Source: Candidatus Bathyarchaeota archaeon (lineage in GTDB: Archaea; Thermoproteota; Bathyarchaeia; Bathyarchaeales; Bathycorpusculaceae). Taken from it: 64,000 bases of DNA. Numbering within the stretch: the first letter of the stretch is position 1; each line of letters begins with the position of its first letter. Under the pieces are notes generated by a model. The model searched no databases, was not told where the DNA came from, and saw only the letters and a program-made list of their open reading frames with translations. The position numbers and the translations under genes are program-made. Positions 29,935-40,340 of the stretch are shown here, piece by piece. The DNA lies in the NCBI GenBank assembly GCA_963833575.1, contig CAWHXY010000007.1:512001-576000 (forward strand), written 5' to 3'.

Positions 29935-30261
29935 ATGCCTTATAAATCGGGTACGTGGGGTCCAGAAGCGCAGGAACGAAGTAAAAGACGCTTAGACTAT
30001 TTCCACGCGCATAATCAAAGCAGATATGAACTTAACAAAGACGAAGAAAAAGAAAAAGCTGCCATTTACTATGAGTTAAATCGGGAAAAGATATTGGAAA
30101 ATAAAACCAATTCTTACTCTAAAACAGATGCTCAACTTAGATATCAATTGAAAAAAGATGAAATAAAAGCAAAAAGTGCAATTTATTATAAGTTACATCG
30201 TGAAGAGATTTTGAGAAAAAAAGCCCAGGCTTACTCTAAGAAAAAGTCTATTCATCAATAG
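29935..30261 (+). CDS. Basic protein with YYxxNREKIL-type repeats (virus-like)
   Basis: AIYYELNREKILE / AIYYKLHREEILR repeats. Confidence 0.6.
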   Translation: MPYKSGTWGPEAQERSKRRLDYFHAHNQSRYELNKDEEKEKAAIYYELNREKILENKTNSYSKTDAQLRYQLKKDEIKAKSAIYYKLHREEILRKKAQAYSKKKSIHQ

Positions 30262-30390
30262 TTACTTCCCCGTAACCGCATTTTTTGACTTTAAACTTTC
30301 AGATATATTTCGAGATTGGAAACACGGTATATAAGCGCTCCTCCAGAATAGAATGTCAAATGGAAATTTAGGCGGAGGTGGAAGAAAAAA

Positions 30391-30858
30391 ATGAATTTCA
30401 AAAAATTTATCAAGAACAGTAAAGCCATTTCACCAATTTTCGCAACTCTTATTCTTATTGCAATTGCAGTTATCGCAGGAGTAGTAGTTTACATGTTTAC
30501 AAACGGAACACTAGCAACCATGACAAGCGGCGGAACAGCAGCACAAGAAAAAATTTCAGTTCAAGGATCGAGTATTGTCGCAAGTAGTGGTGTGGCAACG
30601 ATGTATGTTGAGCAGACCAGTGGTCCAGCTGCAACACCAAACAGCATAATAATTAAAGACTCATCCGGAACTACACTCGGCGTCGTTACAGTTACAGTAG
30701 CCCCAGCGATAACATCAGGCTTAGTAAGTGGAACAATGTATACTATTACTGGCGGAGCTTATTCTGGTACTGCTCTCACTGCAGGTAGTCAATACACACT
30801 TACGCTAACAACTAAAGCAGGCGGCAGTTTCGTATCAACAGCAGTAGTTGCAACTTAG
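30391..30858 (+). CDS. Archaeal type IV pilin
   Basis: Class III signal peptide KA|ISPIFATLILIAIAVIAG; GGAGGT RBS. Confidence 0.9.
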   Translation: MNFKKFIKNSKAISPIFATLILIAIAVIAGVVVYMFTNGTLATMTSGGTAAQEKISVQGSSIVASSGVATMYVEQTSGPAATPNSIIIKDSSGTTLGVVTVTVAPAITSGLVSGTMYTITGGAYSGTALTAGSQYTLTLTTKAGGSFVSTAVVAT

Positions 30859-30927
30859 TTTGAACGGCAATTTCTTTTCCGTAAAACTTTTTTTTATTTC
30901 TAACTCAGACATAGCGGTGAAATTAAC

Positions 30928-31356
30928 ATAAAAACGAACGTAATAACACTTTTTGCAACTCTTATTCTTATTGCAATTGCAGTTATCGCAGGAGTAGTAG
31001 TTTACATGTTTACCAGCGGAACATTAGCAACCATGACAACTGGCGGAACAGCAGCACAAGAAAAAGTTACAGTTCAAAGCGCAAGCGGAACCACTAGCGG
31101 AGTAACAGTTTATGTTGAGCAAACAAGCGGCCCTCAAGCTACAGTCAACGGTTTGATAGTTAAAGACAGCTCAGGAAACACCGTAGGAAGCGCAATGGGT
31201 CTCGGTGGTACTCTGGTTCTACGACAAGGAACATTGGAGACTATAACTGGAACTATCACTCTTAACGCTGGCACTGCTTACACAGTGACAGTTACCACAT
31301 CTGCAGGCGGCAGTTTCGTTTCAACAAGCTTCACAACACAGACGCCAGCGCCTTAG
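30928..31356 (+). CDS. Second pilin copy lacking the prepilin cleavage motif (possibly silent)
   Basis: Near-identical FATLILIAIAVIAGVVVYMFT; no upstream in-frame ATG/GTG/TTG or KA/ISP. Confidence 0.7.
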   Translation: MKTNVITLFATLILIAIAVIAGVVVYMFTSGTLATMTTGGTAAQEKVTVQSASGTTSGVTVYVEQTSGPQATVNGLIVKDSSGNTVGSAMGLGGTLVLRQGTLETITGTITLNAGTAYTVTVTTSAGGSFVSTSFTTQTPAP

Positions 31357-31567
31357 CAGCAAAAATTATCAGGCAACTCTTTTCTCCAGGACTATCTCTC
31401 TTTGCTTGCTTTTGATATGTTACGGTTTTGGAAATATGGCTTATATGCTTTCTTACGATTGTCTTGTTTAAGGAAAGAAAGGAGCACCGGAGAAGGAGAA
31501 GGCTTCGACACTTTTTTGAGGAAAAAGAGGAAAGGAGCAAATCCGACTTGGGGAACGTTGATTTAAA

Positions 31568-31753
31568 ATGATTCGGAAAACTACAGATGAAATTCGAACT
31601 CTTCTAAGTAATGCTGAAATAGATTTTGAGCTAGTAGAGAATAAGGCGCTAAATGATTATCTTCCCAAAATATTTCACAGTTGCCCCTTTACAGAGGATC
31701 TATGCACGACAAAACAATGCATAGAATGCGCAGTCTTCAATGAACACAAATAA
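31568..31753 (+). CDS. Small Cys-rich hypothetical protein
   Basis: CPF...C...CIEC. Confidence 0.55.
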   Translation: MIRKTTDEIRTLLSNAEIDFELVENKALNDYLPKIFHSCPFTEDLCTTKQCIECAVFNEHK

Positions 31754-31971
31754 ACAAACTTAGGCGAAAAAACAAAAAGCAAAACAACCCTCAGAACCTC
31801 TTAGAAAACAACGATAAATAAGTTTGTCAGCTTCTTTCTCTAAACAAAATTTCAGTTTCCCATTCAACTTACCTTTTTAAAACCTCAGCTATCCCCGTCT
31901 TTTCTGTGCGGTCGTTAGGCTTAAATATCGATAGCACCAAAGTAGAGTTTAGCGTTTTAGGAGTTGAAAGT

Positions 31972-33666
31972 TTGTCTAGATTACAAAGAAGAGGTATAGC
32001 AGCAAGTCTGTTAGCTTTAATGATTATGATTTTTGTGTGTCCAATTGTTGTTAATGCAAGTTCAACTGAGTGGCATGCGCAGCCCTTCCATAACATAAGA
32101 GACTCAAATGCTACGCCATATGCAGTTAGTGGCAACAGTCCCGTAAATATCAGAGCAGCCTATAATCTACCGTATTCTGGAGGACAAGGCGAAACCATCG
32201 CCATAATAGACGCTTACGACAACCCAAACGTAGCCTCAGACCTAATCCAATTTTCAACACAATTTCAGTTACCAGCCGCAAATTTAGCAGTTCATAAAAT
32301 GTCTAGCTTCATATCGCCTAATGTTAACTGGGGCGTAGAAATATCCCTTGATGTACAGTGGGCTCACGCAATTGCACCAAATGCAAACATTTTGCTCGTC
32401 GAAGCCAAATCCTCTTCTCTTAGCGATTTGCTCTCAGCTGTCAGCTATGCAAAAAGCCAACCAAACGTGGTGGCAGTTTCAATGAGTTGGGGCGGAGCGG
32501 AATTCTCAACTGAAACAGCCTACGACAGCTACTTCACAAGCACTTCCGGCATCGTATTCTTTGCATCCTCAGGAGACAACGGCGCAGGAACAAGCTGGCC
32601 AGCAGCTTCAACCAACGTAGTTTCAGTAGGCGGCACATCACTCGCCCTTTCCGGCGGAACATATTCTGAGACTGCATGGAGCGGAAGCGGCGGCGGAATA
32701 AGCACATATGAACCAAAGCCAACCTACCAATCAAGCCTCACCTACTCTAATCGCGCAATCCCAGACGTATCATACAACGCCGACCCAAACTCTGGATACG
32801 CAGTATATGACAGCTATGGTTACGGATGGATCGTTGTAGGCGGCACCAGCGCAGGCGCGCCCCAATGGGCAGCAATCCAAGCCTTAGGCCTCTCAGCAAA
32901 TAATCAGAATTTCTACAATGACTACGCTCAAACCACAAACTACAACACTTTCTTTAGAGACATAACAACCGGTTCGAACGGATTAAGCGCGGGTTCAGGG
33001 TATGATTTAGTGACGGGAATAGGCAGCCCACTAACAACCAGCTTCGCAGCTCCCCCCACACCAGACTTTAGCATCTCAGCTACACCAAACACATTTACAA
33101 CAAACGCCGGAACACCAGTCCAAACAACCATAAACGTAATTGCACTAAACGGCTTCACAGGACAAGTCAGTCTATCCACTGCATTACCAACCGGTTGGAG
33201 CGCAACCCCAGCCACCAACTCAATAACAGGATCAAGCTCATACCCACTAAGCATAACTGCGCCTACAGGAACACCAACAGGAACATATCCAGTAACCGTC
33301 ACCGGAACCAGCAACACATTAACTCATACAACAACCATAAATGTCCAAATCACAAAGCCAGACTTCTCTCTCACCGCAAACCCCACCAGCCTCAGCATCC
33401 GACAAGGAGCACACGGCACCTCGCAAATAACTGTCAATTCCCTCAACCTCTACGCAGGTTCAGTAACATTAACAGCCAAAACAACAACCTCCTCAATAAC
33501 ATTCAGCTTCACTACAAACCCCGTAACCGCCGGAACTACATCAACACTAACCATCAATGTGCCATCGTCGACTAGCAGAGGAACCTACACAGTCACAATA
33601 ACTGGAACAGACGCTTCTGCAGCGCTAACACACCAAACAACCATCAGACTAACCGTCACGAGATAA
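31972..33666 (+). CDS. Secreted S53 (sedolisin) peptidase with two C-terminal Ig-like repeats
   Basis: EISLD, SMSWG, SSGD.G, GGTSAGAP, GYDLVTGIGSP; two PDFSI/L repeats. Confidence 0.92.
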   Translation: MSRLQRRGIAASLLALMIMIFVCPIVVNASSTEWHAQPFHNIRDSNATPYAVSGNSPVNIRAAYNLPYSGGQGETIAIIDAYDNPNVASDLIQFSTQFQLPAANLAVHKMSSFISPNVNWGVEISLDVQWAHAIAPNANILLVEAKSSSLSDLLSAVSYAKSQPNVVAVSMSWGGAEFSTETAYDSYFTSTSGIVFFASSGDNGAGTSWPAASTNVVSVGGTSLALSGGTYSETAWSGSGGGISTYEPKPTYQSSLTYSNRAIPDVSYNADPNSGYAVYDSYGYGWIVVGGTSAGAPQWAAIQALGLSANNQNFYNDYAQTTNYNTFFRDITTGSNGLSAGSGYDLVTGIGSPLTTSFAAPPTPDFSISATPNTFTTNAGTPVQTTINVIALNGFTGQVSLSTALPTGWSATPATNSITGSSSYPLSITAPTGTPTGTYPVTVTGTSNTLTHTTTINVQITKPDFSLTANPTSLSIRQGAHGTSQITVNSLNLYAGSVTLTAKTTTSSITFSFTTNPVTAGTTSTLTINVPSSTSRGTYTVTITGTDASAALTHQTTIRLTVTR

Positions 33667-33822
33667 TAACTAAACAACCATCCCTTTCTCTTTTTGTAAA
33701 ATCAAATTCTCGAAAAAATCCAGAGAATCAACGTTCGTCTTTTTTCATACTTTCACAGAAAACCTTAAGTGTTTTTCCAGAATAGGTAACATGTTTAGCA
33801 GGGCTTCGATACCTGAGTCAGA

Positions 33823-34266
33823 TTGTTAGGAAAGAAAAGTATGCAAGTTGATGATACTTCAGCTAATACGTCTTCTGAGAATAAACGTGAAGCTCAAAAA
33901 AAGCTGGTTGAAGAATTAAAGGTTCAGTGGAAACTGTTGTGGTCTGAACGCTTTGACGACAAGGTTAAGGCTGAAGGAATCTCAGTAAATGACTATTCTT
34001 CTTTGCGGATTAATCGGGGCACAGTAATCCATGCTACTAGAAATTTTAAAGCGCTTAATTTCAGCGATATTGTCAAAGAGCACCTAGCTGAAGACACTGA
34101 TCGATTTGTTCAGCCAAATGTTAACGAAGGCGGCTGGAACAAATTCATAAAAACAAACATAACTAATTGTCCAAGAAAAAGCAAGCGAGCTGATTCTTAC
34201 GTTCCAGCTAAAAGTGTTGACCAGCAGCCCAAGAAAGGTGGACGCGGCTGGCTCCATTCAACTTAG
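33823..34266 (+). CDS. Hypothetical protein
   Basis: 147-aa ORF with protein-like composition. Confidence 0.65.
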   Translation: MLGKKSMQVDDTSANTSSENKREAQKKLVEELKVQWKLLWSERFDDKVKAEGISVNDYSSLRINRGTVIHATRNFKALNFSDIVKEHLAEDTDRFVQPNVNEGGWNKFIKTNITNCPRKSKRADSYVPAKSVDQQPKKGGRGWLHST

Positions 34267-34358
34267 AGCTCAGCTTGGACTGTTGTATCAGGCATCTACC
34301 CACAAATCTTCATATAGATTTCCGCCCATCGATATGATTACTTATTGGAGTAGCTTGC

Positions 34359-34497
34359 TTGATTAATTGCCCAAATTGCGGAAAAGAAATTAGCAAACCA
34401 GAGAAAACTCAAAAACTGTGTTTTCCAAATAGACGCCTACACATGCGACAGCTGCGGCCACTGTTTTAAGGTTACAACTGATCTTCCTTGTAGGTAA
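34359..34497 (+). pseudogene. Frameshifted small zinc-ribbon protein
   Basis: CPNCGK in one frame, YTCDSCGH in the +1 frame. Confidence 0.55.
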
Positions 34498-34764
34498 ACT
34501 AATCCATTAAGCTATCTTGTTGACTGTAAATAATATAAAGTTAAATCTTTTATCGCCTTTGTTTCAAGTTTTTACGCTCCAAGTTTTTGCAACACAATCG
34601 CTTAGAGGGCTACCTAAGTTTAACCAGGTTATAGCCTGCACACCATCTCACAAAACCACCATTTGGGAAAACGTCAGTAGCAGATAACTTGTCCTGAGCA
34701 AAACCTTTGGCACCTGAGGACTCTCTTTTGCAAAACAAGCCAATAAATAAGGAAATTTTAGTGG

Positions 34765-35484
34765 TTAAGAAGTTTCTTTTATATAGCGTTCTACTGCTTT
34801 GTCAGTCAGCATATCCATTTTCTTTGTTGCTACAGGTATTACAGCAATCTTTATTCTGATCGGTAACTCCCTTGCTTTTAACGTTTTTACTAAACATTTT
34901 ACTGCAAGCTGTATGCCTTCTTCAAGAGTTAAATCTTTACGGTACTCTTCTTTCAGCATTGTTTGAACTGTTTCTGTTCCTGCACCTACCGCTGTGGCTT
35001 TGTATCCCTTGTAGTTTCCGCTTGGGTGAGTCCCGAAGACATGTGGACCGGTTTTGTCGACTCCTCCAAGGATCATGGCAACACCGAAGGGTCGTCCACC
35101 GCCATGCTGTGTATAGTTTTGTTGGATATCGCATATTTTTTCGGTTGCAACTTCTACATCAATAGGTTCATCGAATGTCAGCTTATTACTTTGCGCATCG
35201 ATGCGTGCTTGGTCGATTAAGACTCTTGCGTCGGAACCTAAGCCGATGATAGCTGCTCCGATATGTTCGTCTACCGGAAAAATTTTCCATGAGCGTCCCA
35301 CTTCTTCAAGAACTTCTATGTTTTCTTCAGAAGCTAAAACAACGCCTTCCCCACATCGGATACCTAAAATGGTGCCTCCACGATTCACCAATTCTCTCGC
35401 GTACTCGACTTGATAAAGCCGGCCATCAGGCGAGAAAACAGTTGCATTATAGTCATATGCTCCTGGTTTTGCAAACGCAGACAT
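34765..35484 (-). CDS. psmA: Proteasome subunit alpha (divergent paralog)
   Basis: TVFSPDGRLYQVEYA, TQHGG.RPFGV; start at ATG 35484. Confidence 0.93.
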   Translation of the reverse strand: MSAFAKPGAYDYNATVFSPDGRLYQVEYARELVNRGGTILGIRCGEGVVLASEENIEVLEEVGRSWKIFPVDEHIGAAIIGLGSDARVLIDQARIDAQSNKLTFDEPIDVEVATEKICDIQQNYTQHGGGRPFGVAMILGGVDKTGPHVFGTHPSGNYKGYKATAVGAGTETVQTMLKEEYRKDLTLEEGIQLAVKCLVKTLKARELPIRIKIAVIPVATKKMDMLTDKAVERYIKETS

Positions 35485-35849
35485 AATAACCCCTATTTCA
35501 CGATATAACTTTAAAGTTTTCCAGAGACATATATAAGGGTACACACAGTCCACAACAGATTTGGCTCCATAACCAATTTCTTTAAGGACACTACCGGCTT
35601 CTATCAAACATCTTTCATGAAATTGCAAACCTGTAAAACTTACAACTAGATTGAATTAACACAGAACTAATAGAACTGCGATTGAGACTATTTTTTGCTG
35701 TCTAAGAACCTGTATTTACATTAATAGAATGCTGTTTATTGTATTCATTAATAGTCATTATCCAACATTGAGGCTTAGAAATTGAATTATGGATTGGAGT
35801 TTGATTTAAAGCTTATACATTAACTGAATATTCAACTTATAGGAAAATT

Positions 35850-36266
35850 CTACTTAGTTAATCTACATAAATACTGCCAGTTTTCTCCTAAGAAGAATTT
35901 CTTAACAATAATCTTTACTTTTTCAGTCGTAAGGTCATCATCTTTGAGAGAATAAATAAAATACCCATTTTCAACCACTGGCACATCTAACACCCAAGCA
36001 TCTTCTTCGTTTTTGTGAAATTGAATAGTTTCACCTTCCTCGTTAATGAAGCCTATAAAATTACCTTCAGTTGTTGGGAAACCCCCAATCTCCTCAAGAG
36101 CATTTTCCAAAGAGATTTCTTTTGGCTTGGTTTCATTAATAAGCTCCTTTCCATCATCTTTATAATAATTCAATTTAACTCCCTCTATTGCGTGAAGATC
36201 ACGGGCATAACTAAGTGGCATTAGAGCAATAAATGTACCTTCAAATAAAATGCGTTCTTCAAGCAT
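35850..36266 (-). CDS. Hypothetical protein
   Basis: 138-aa acidic ORF. Confidence 0.6.
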   Translation of the reverse strand: MLEERILFEGTFIALMPLSYARDLHAIEGVKLNYYKDDGKELINETKPKEISLENALEEIGGFPTTEGNFIGFINEEGETIQFHKNEEDAWVLDVPVVENGYFIYSLKDDDLTTEKVKIIVKKFFLGENWQYLCRLTK

Positions 36267-36290
36267 TATTTCAACTCACTCCATGCTGAT

Positions 36291-36548
36291 TTAAGGCGTT
36301 TTAGTCTTGGTGTCATTTCCATTTAGCGATTGTCTTAAGATGTCTGCTTCTTTTTGATAGTTTGCCAATTCAGCATTCAAGTATTTGATAAGTTCAATTT
36401 TCAGCCGTATTTCCTGAACGTTATCTATTACAGCTTTTCTGTTTGATTGGAATTGCTTTTTTTGCCACTCCAAATCTTCAAGATTTTTTTTGACCTCTTC
36501 GACATAAATTTTTGTTGACTCTTTTTTTGTCCTACTATTTTTGCTCAT
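36291..36548 (-). CDS. Coiled-coil hypothetical protein
   Basis: 85-aa ORF. Confidence 0.5.
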   Translation of the reverse strand: MSKNSRTKKESTKIYVEEVKKNLEDLEWQKKQFQSNRKAVIDNVQEIRLKIELIKYLNAELANYQKEADILRQSLNGNDTKTKTP

Positions 36549-36739
36549 ACGGCCTTTTCCATTTATTCATGTGGTCTAAATATTTCGACGTTATCAGAAT
36601 TTAAAGATTTTTCTTCGTCTTTTTTGGCAGGTCCGGTAATGAAATCATCTTTTTTTTCGGGGTTAACCACGGTAACTGCTGTAACTGTTTATCGACAGTC
36701 ACAAACGTTGAAATAATCTAAAGAATAGAGAGCACTAAG

Positions 36740-37795
36740 ATGTTTATGAAAGCTTTTGTTATGAAGGAAATAGGCAGTGTTGGATTCATGGAGAAGCCTG
36801 TCCCTGAGGTTGGACCAAACGACGCGATTGTCAAGACAAAGGCAGCGTTAGTTTGTACATCAGATTCACATACCGTACGTGGTGCAATTGGACAACGTAC
36901 AAACATAACTCTGGGACACGAAGCAAAGGGCATAGTCTATAAAGTTGGAAGAGAAGTGAAACTCTTTAAGCCCGGTGACAGAGTTGCGGTCGGCGCTATA
37001 ACTCCTGACTGGGGAGATATCGCTTCTCAAGCAGGTCACTCATCCCAATCTGGCCAACCATTGGACGGATGGAAATTTTCCAACACCAAAGACGGCGTAT
37101 TTGCAGAGTATTTTCACGTAAACGAAGCCGACGCGAACATGGCCAAGATTCCTGACGAGGTGCCTGATGAAGCTGCCGTTTACGTTTCAGATATGATGTC
37201 AACCGGGTTTGCTGGCGCAGAAGCCGCTGACATACCGATAGGGGGTTCTGCAGGGGTATTTGCTTTAGGACCAGTGGGTCTTATGGCTGTTGCTGGAGCC
37301 AAATTCAAAGGAGCAGGAATGATAATAGGCGTTGATTCAGTACCTAAACGACAAGAGCTTGCCAAGTTTTATGGTGCAGATTTGACGGTTGATCCAACTA
37401 AGGAAGATGTCATATCTAGAATAATGGATCTTACAGCGGGGTTGGGCGTAGACAGCTCAATTGAAGCGCTTGGCGCAGATTTAACCTTCGAGAATGCTTT
37501 AAAAGTGACAAAAGCAGGCGGAACAATATCAAACGTTGGCTACCATGGAGTAGGCGAATGCGTTTGCATTCCCAGATTGGACTGGGGTGTAGGCATGGCG
37601 GAAAAAACCATCAAAACTTCACTATGTCCAGGAGGACGTTTAAGACTGCAAAGGTTGCTGTTACTACTAAAGAACCATAAAATTGATCCAACACGCATGA
37701 CTACCCATACATTCATCTTTGACGAAGCGGACAAAGCATTTGAAATAATGGACAAGAAACTCGACGGCGTCATAAAACCACTCATCAAGTTCTAA
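36740..37795 (+). CDS. adh: Zn-dependent NAD(P) alcohol dehydrogenase (secondary-ADH type)
   Basis: CTSDSHT, LGHE, GAITPDW, DMMSTGF, LCPGGR. Confidence 0.92.
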   Translation: MFMKAFVMKEIGSVGFMEKPVPEVGPNDAIVKTKAALVCTSDSHTVRGAIGQRTNITLGHEAKGIVYKVGREVKLFKPGDRVAVGAITPDWGDIASQAGHSSQSGQPLDGWKFSNTKDGVFAEYFHVNEADANMAKIPDEVPDEAAVYVSDMMSTGFAGAEAADIPIGGSAGVFALGPVGLMAVAGAKFKGAGMIIGVDSVPKRQELAKFYGADLTVDPTKEDVISRIMDLTAGLGVDSSIEALGADLTFENALKVTKAGGTISNVGYHGVGECVCIPRLDWGVGMAEKTIKTSLCPGGRLRLQRLLLLLKNHKIDPTRMTTHTFIFDEADKAFEIMDKKLDGVIKPLIKF

Positions 37796-37914
37796 GAAAC
37801 ATATATTGAAAAAATAGACCTACAAATTTAAGGTTTTAATTGATCCCTGTTGGTTCAAGTTTTTCTTATCTTTTTAGTGAAATGAGGTTAGTTTGAGTTC
37901 GAATTTGCAAAAAC

Positions 37915-38056
37915 TGGTTGGAGATTATGTTTTGTTTTTGAAATCTGCCAACCATTTTAATGTTGAGTGAGAGGTAGGTTTGAACCTGGGTGACTGTCAA
38001 GCACTATGCCGACTCGGGTAGCAAACAACTTTGGTGCAGAGAACCACCTTTCTCAC
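37915..38056 (+). other. Bulged hairpin followed by a three-way stem-loop
   Basis: TGGTTGGAGATT/AATCT-G-CCAACCA; GTGAGA/TCTCAC; ACCTGGGT/ACTCGGGT. Confidence 0.5.
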
Positions 38057-38218
38057 CTATCCTTTGACTACCGTTAAAGTTTAAGAATAAACTGAAGAAC
38101 AACTAGCTTTATATGCCAAAAAATATTGAAGGACTTAGAAAATTATACAGTAACAAATTGCTTTGGATAATTATGATGAATATTTGGTTTTTTGTTGTTT
38201 TGTTGCTGTTGACCAGAC

Positions 38219-38794
38219 TTAGAAGCATTTGTTGATTAGAGTGTAACAGGCTCTTTGGATGTTTCGTTTTGACTTTTGCAGCCCAAGTTCTTTGACTCTT
38301 TCCTTTATTTGGGGCCAACTCTTTGATTGTTCACCGCAATTCTTGAAAGCATACGCTAAATTCTTCTTATCAACGGGATATAGCGTTCTAATTATTTCAT
38401 CTTGAACCAGCAACCATTCACCAAGTTTTTCTCCGAATTTTTCTTCAACATAAGTTCTCTCCTTTTGAATTATCTTCTCGTGCCCACCGCCAATTAACAA
38501 TTCATAAACCTCATGAAAAACAAGTTCATGAAATGCTCGTGTATCTTCGCATCTTGTTAACCAAATTAACCCTCCAAAACGAATAGGATCCTCGTTAAAG
38601 TGGATTCTCACCCCATTACTTCCCCAAGCATAATTCTTGAAGTTACATTTCCACTCAGAACTTAATGGTTCAAAAACCTCGAACTCCTCAAGCTTAACAG
38701 TTTCTTTGCCGAATTTCTCTTTGATATACTCCATTGTTTCATTAATAATCTCAATTTCTTTGTCGGTTGGACTAAAGTAAGTTGTCACAATCAA
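38219..38794 (-). CDS. Hypothetical protein with HELVFHEVYE...H motif (metallopeptidase-like?)
   Basis: His/Glu cluster; AAGGAG RBS. Confidence 0.55.
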   Translation of the reverse strand: MIVTTYFSPTDKEIEIINETMEYIKEKFGKETVKLEEFEVFEPLSSEWKCNFKNYAWGSNGVRIHFNEDPIRFGGLIWLTRCEDTRAFHELVFHEVYELLIGGGHEKIIQKERTYVEEKFGEKLGEWLLVQDEIIRTLYPVDKKNLAYAFKNCGEQSKSWPQIKERVKELGLQKSKRNIQRACYTLINKCF

Positions 38795-39279
38795 GTCATC
38801 TCCTTACTATGCTTTCACTAGTTTCCGGTAATATCTTTGATATTTCAAATCGCGAAATATTCCAACTAAGAAATCATTCCTAAGCCAATTATGCAATAAG
38901 CCAGTCTAAAATCGAGAGGTAAGATTAGCTTCTTTTGTTATGTATTTGACTTTGACGTAGTTTCTATTTCAAAGCATATCGGGTTTTGTAAATCGTTCCA
39001 AAACCGCGCGCACCGTAACATCTTAACAACGCCTAGCTTTCAACTGCCCTACCAACATTACTTTTGAAAATCTTAGCGCTAAGTCGGAAAGCGTCTCTAC
39101 CAAAGTTCTTATTTATTTTTCTAAAATCTTGTCGATCGTCAGCAAACTTGGCAGGCAATTTCACGTTGACATACCATTTAGACACTTTGTTGCCTCTTGA
39201 AATACCAATAGGCAAAGAGAGTCTATTAACAAAATTATTATAATCCATGCTTCAATTAACAGTCACCAAGGTGTCAACG

Positions 39280-40047
39280 ATGAAACAATTCCTAATTACT
39301 CCAGCGGCAGGAAAACGCTTAATAGCCAAAACCCTAGCAAACCACCCAGCAATTAAAAAAGCCCTCAAAAACGGAACGCTCGTGATTGTTGCTGGAACAA
39401 CCAATGGCTATGTGGCTGAAGAAATTTTCAGAACTAACAATATCTCAAATGATTTCTCTAGGGGAAGGTTCTTTAGGGGGATAACTTTGCCGCCGACCAA
39501 GTCAGTAACCGTTGAGGGGAGGCTTGCTGACGAGAGCAAGTTTCCTGGCGACGTTGTTATAACTGAGGGTGTGTGGCAGAAAGGCAAAACAATTGCTGAT
39601 GTCGTTGATTCGCTTAAAGAGGGCGATGTTATCTTGAAGGGCGCAAACGCTTTGGATCTGACCCGTAAGCAGGCGGCTATTTTGATTGGTCATCCGAAAG
39701 CTGGAACTATAGGTTTAGCCTTGCCTGCCGTACTGGGGCGACGAGTGAAACTCATAATACCCGTTGGCATTGAGAAACGTGTAAACAGCGATTTGTCCGC
39801 CTTAGCAGAAAAGCTCAATGTTCCTGGTGTAGGCGGGTACCGTTTGTTGCCTGTTGTCGGAGAAGTATTTACTGAGTTGGATGCGTTAATTGCTTTAACT
39901 GGTGCTGAAGTTGAATTGATTGCTGCTGGTGGAGTTTGTGGCGGCGAAGGCTCCTGCTGGATAGCTGTAACTGGAAATGAAGAACAAGAGGAATTTGCCG
40001 CCGAAATTATTGCTTCAATAAAATGTGAACCAGCATTTAGTCTTTGA
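39280..40047 (+). CDS. Conserved hypothetical protein
   Basis: [32 protein letters not shown]. Confidence 0.75.
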   Translation: MKQFLITPAAGKRLIAKTLANHPAIKKALKNGTLVIVAGTTNGYVAEEIFRTNNISNDFSRGRFFRGITLPPTKSVTVEGRLADESKFPGDVVITEGVWQKGKTIADVVDSLKEGDVILKGANALDLTRKQAAILIGHPKAGTIGLALPAVLGRRVKLIIPVGIEKRVNSDLSALAEKLNVPGVGGYRLLPVVGEVFTELDALIALTGAEVELIAAGGVCGGEGSCWIAVTGNEEQEEFAAEIIASIKCEPAFSL

Positions 40048-40340
40048 CAAAACATTGCACGGCGTAGAAAATTTCTAAGTTTCAGGTCAAAACTTAAGGA
40101 TAACTTGTGTGGATTTATCAAATCACTGTATTGACAGCATTATTTGCGACAAATTGTAGCCACACTTTTGTTGTCACAAATATTTAATAGAAAATCTCAT
40201 CATTAGATTAGTAGGTGCGTCCTAACAATCAAGAAAGATAGTAGTAATTCAGAAATTCTATTTTAATCCAACCAACCAGATTTGCAAACAAGGGTTGAGG
40301 TTTGAGTTTGCATGAAGAAAATATAGTGTTTGAATACCTT

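Noticed and set aside
38988-39000. 13-bp match to the reverse complement of 19128-19140
   Set aside because: Isolated 13-mers are expected by chance in a window this size; flanks do not align
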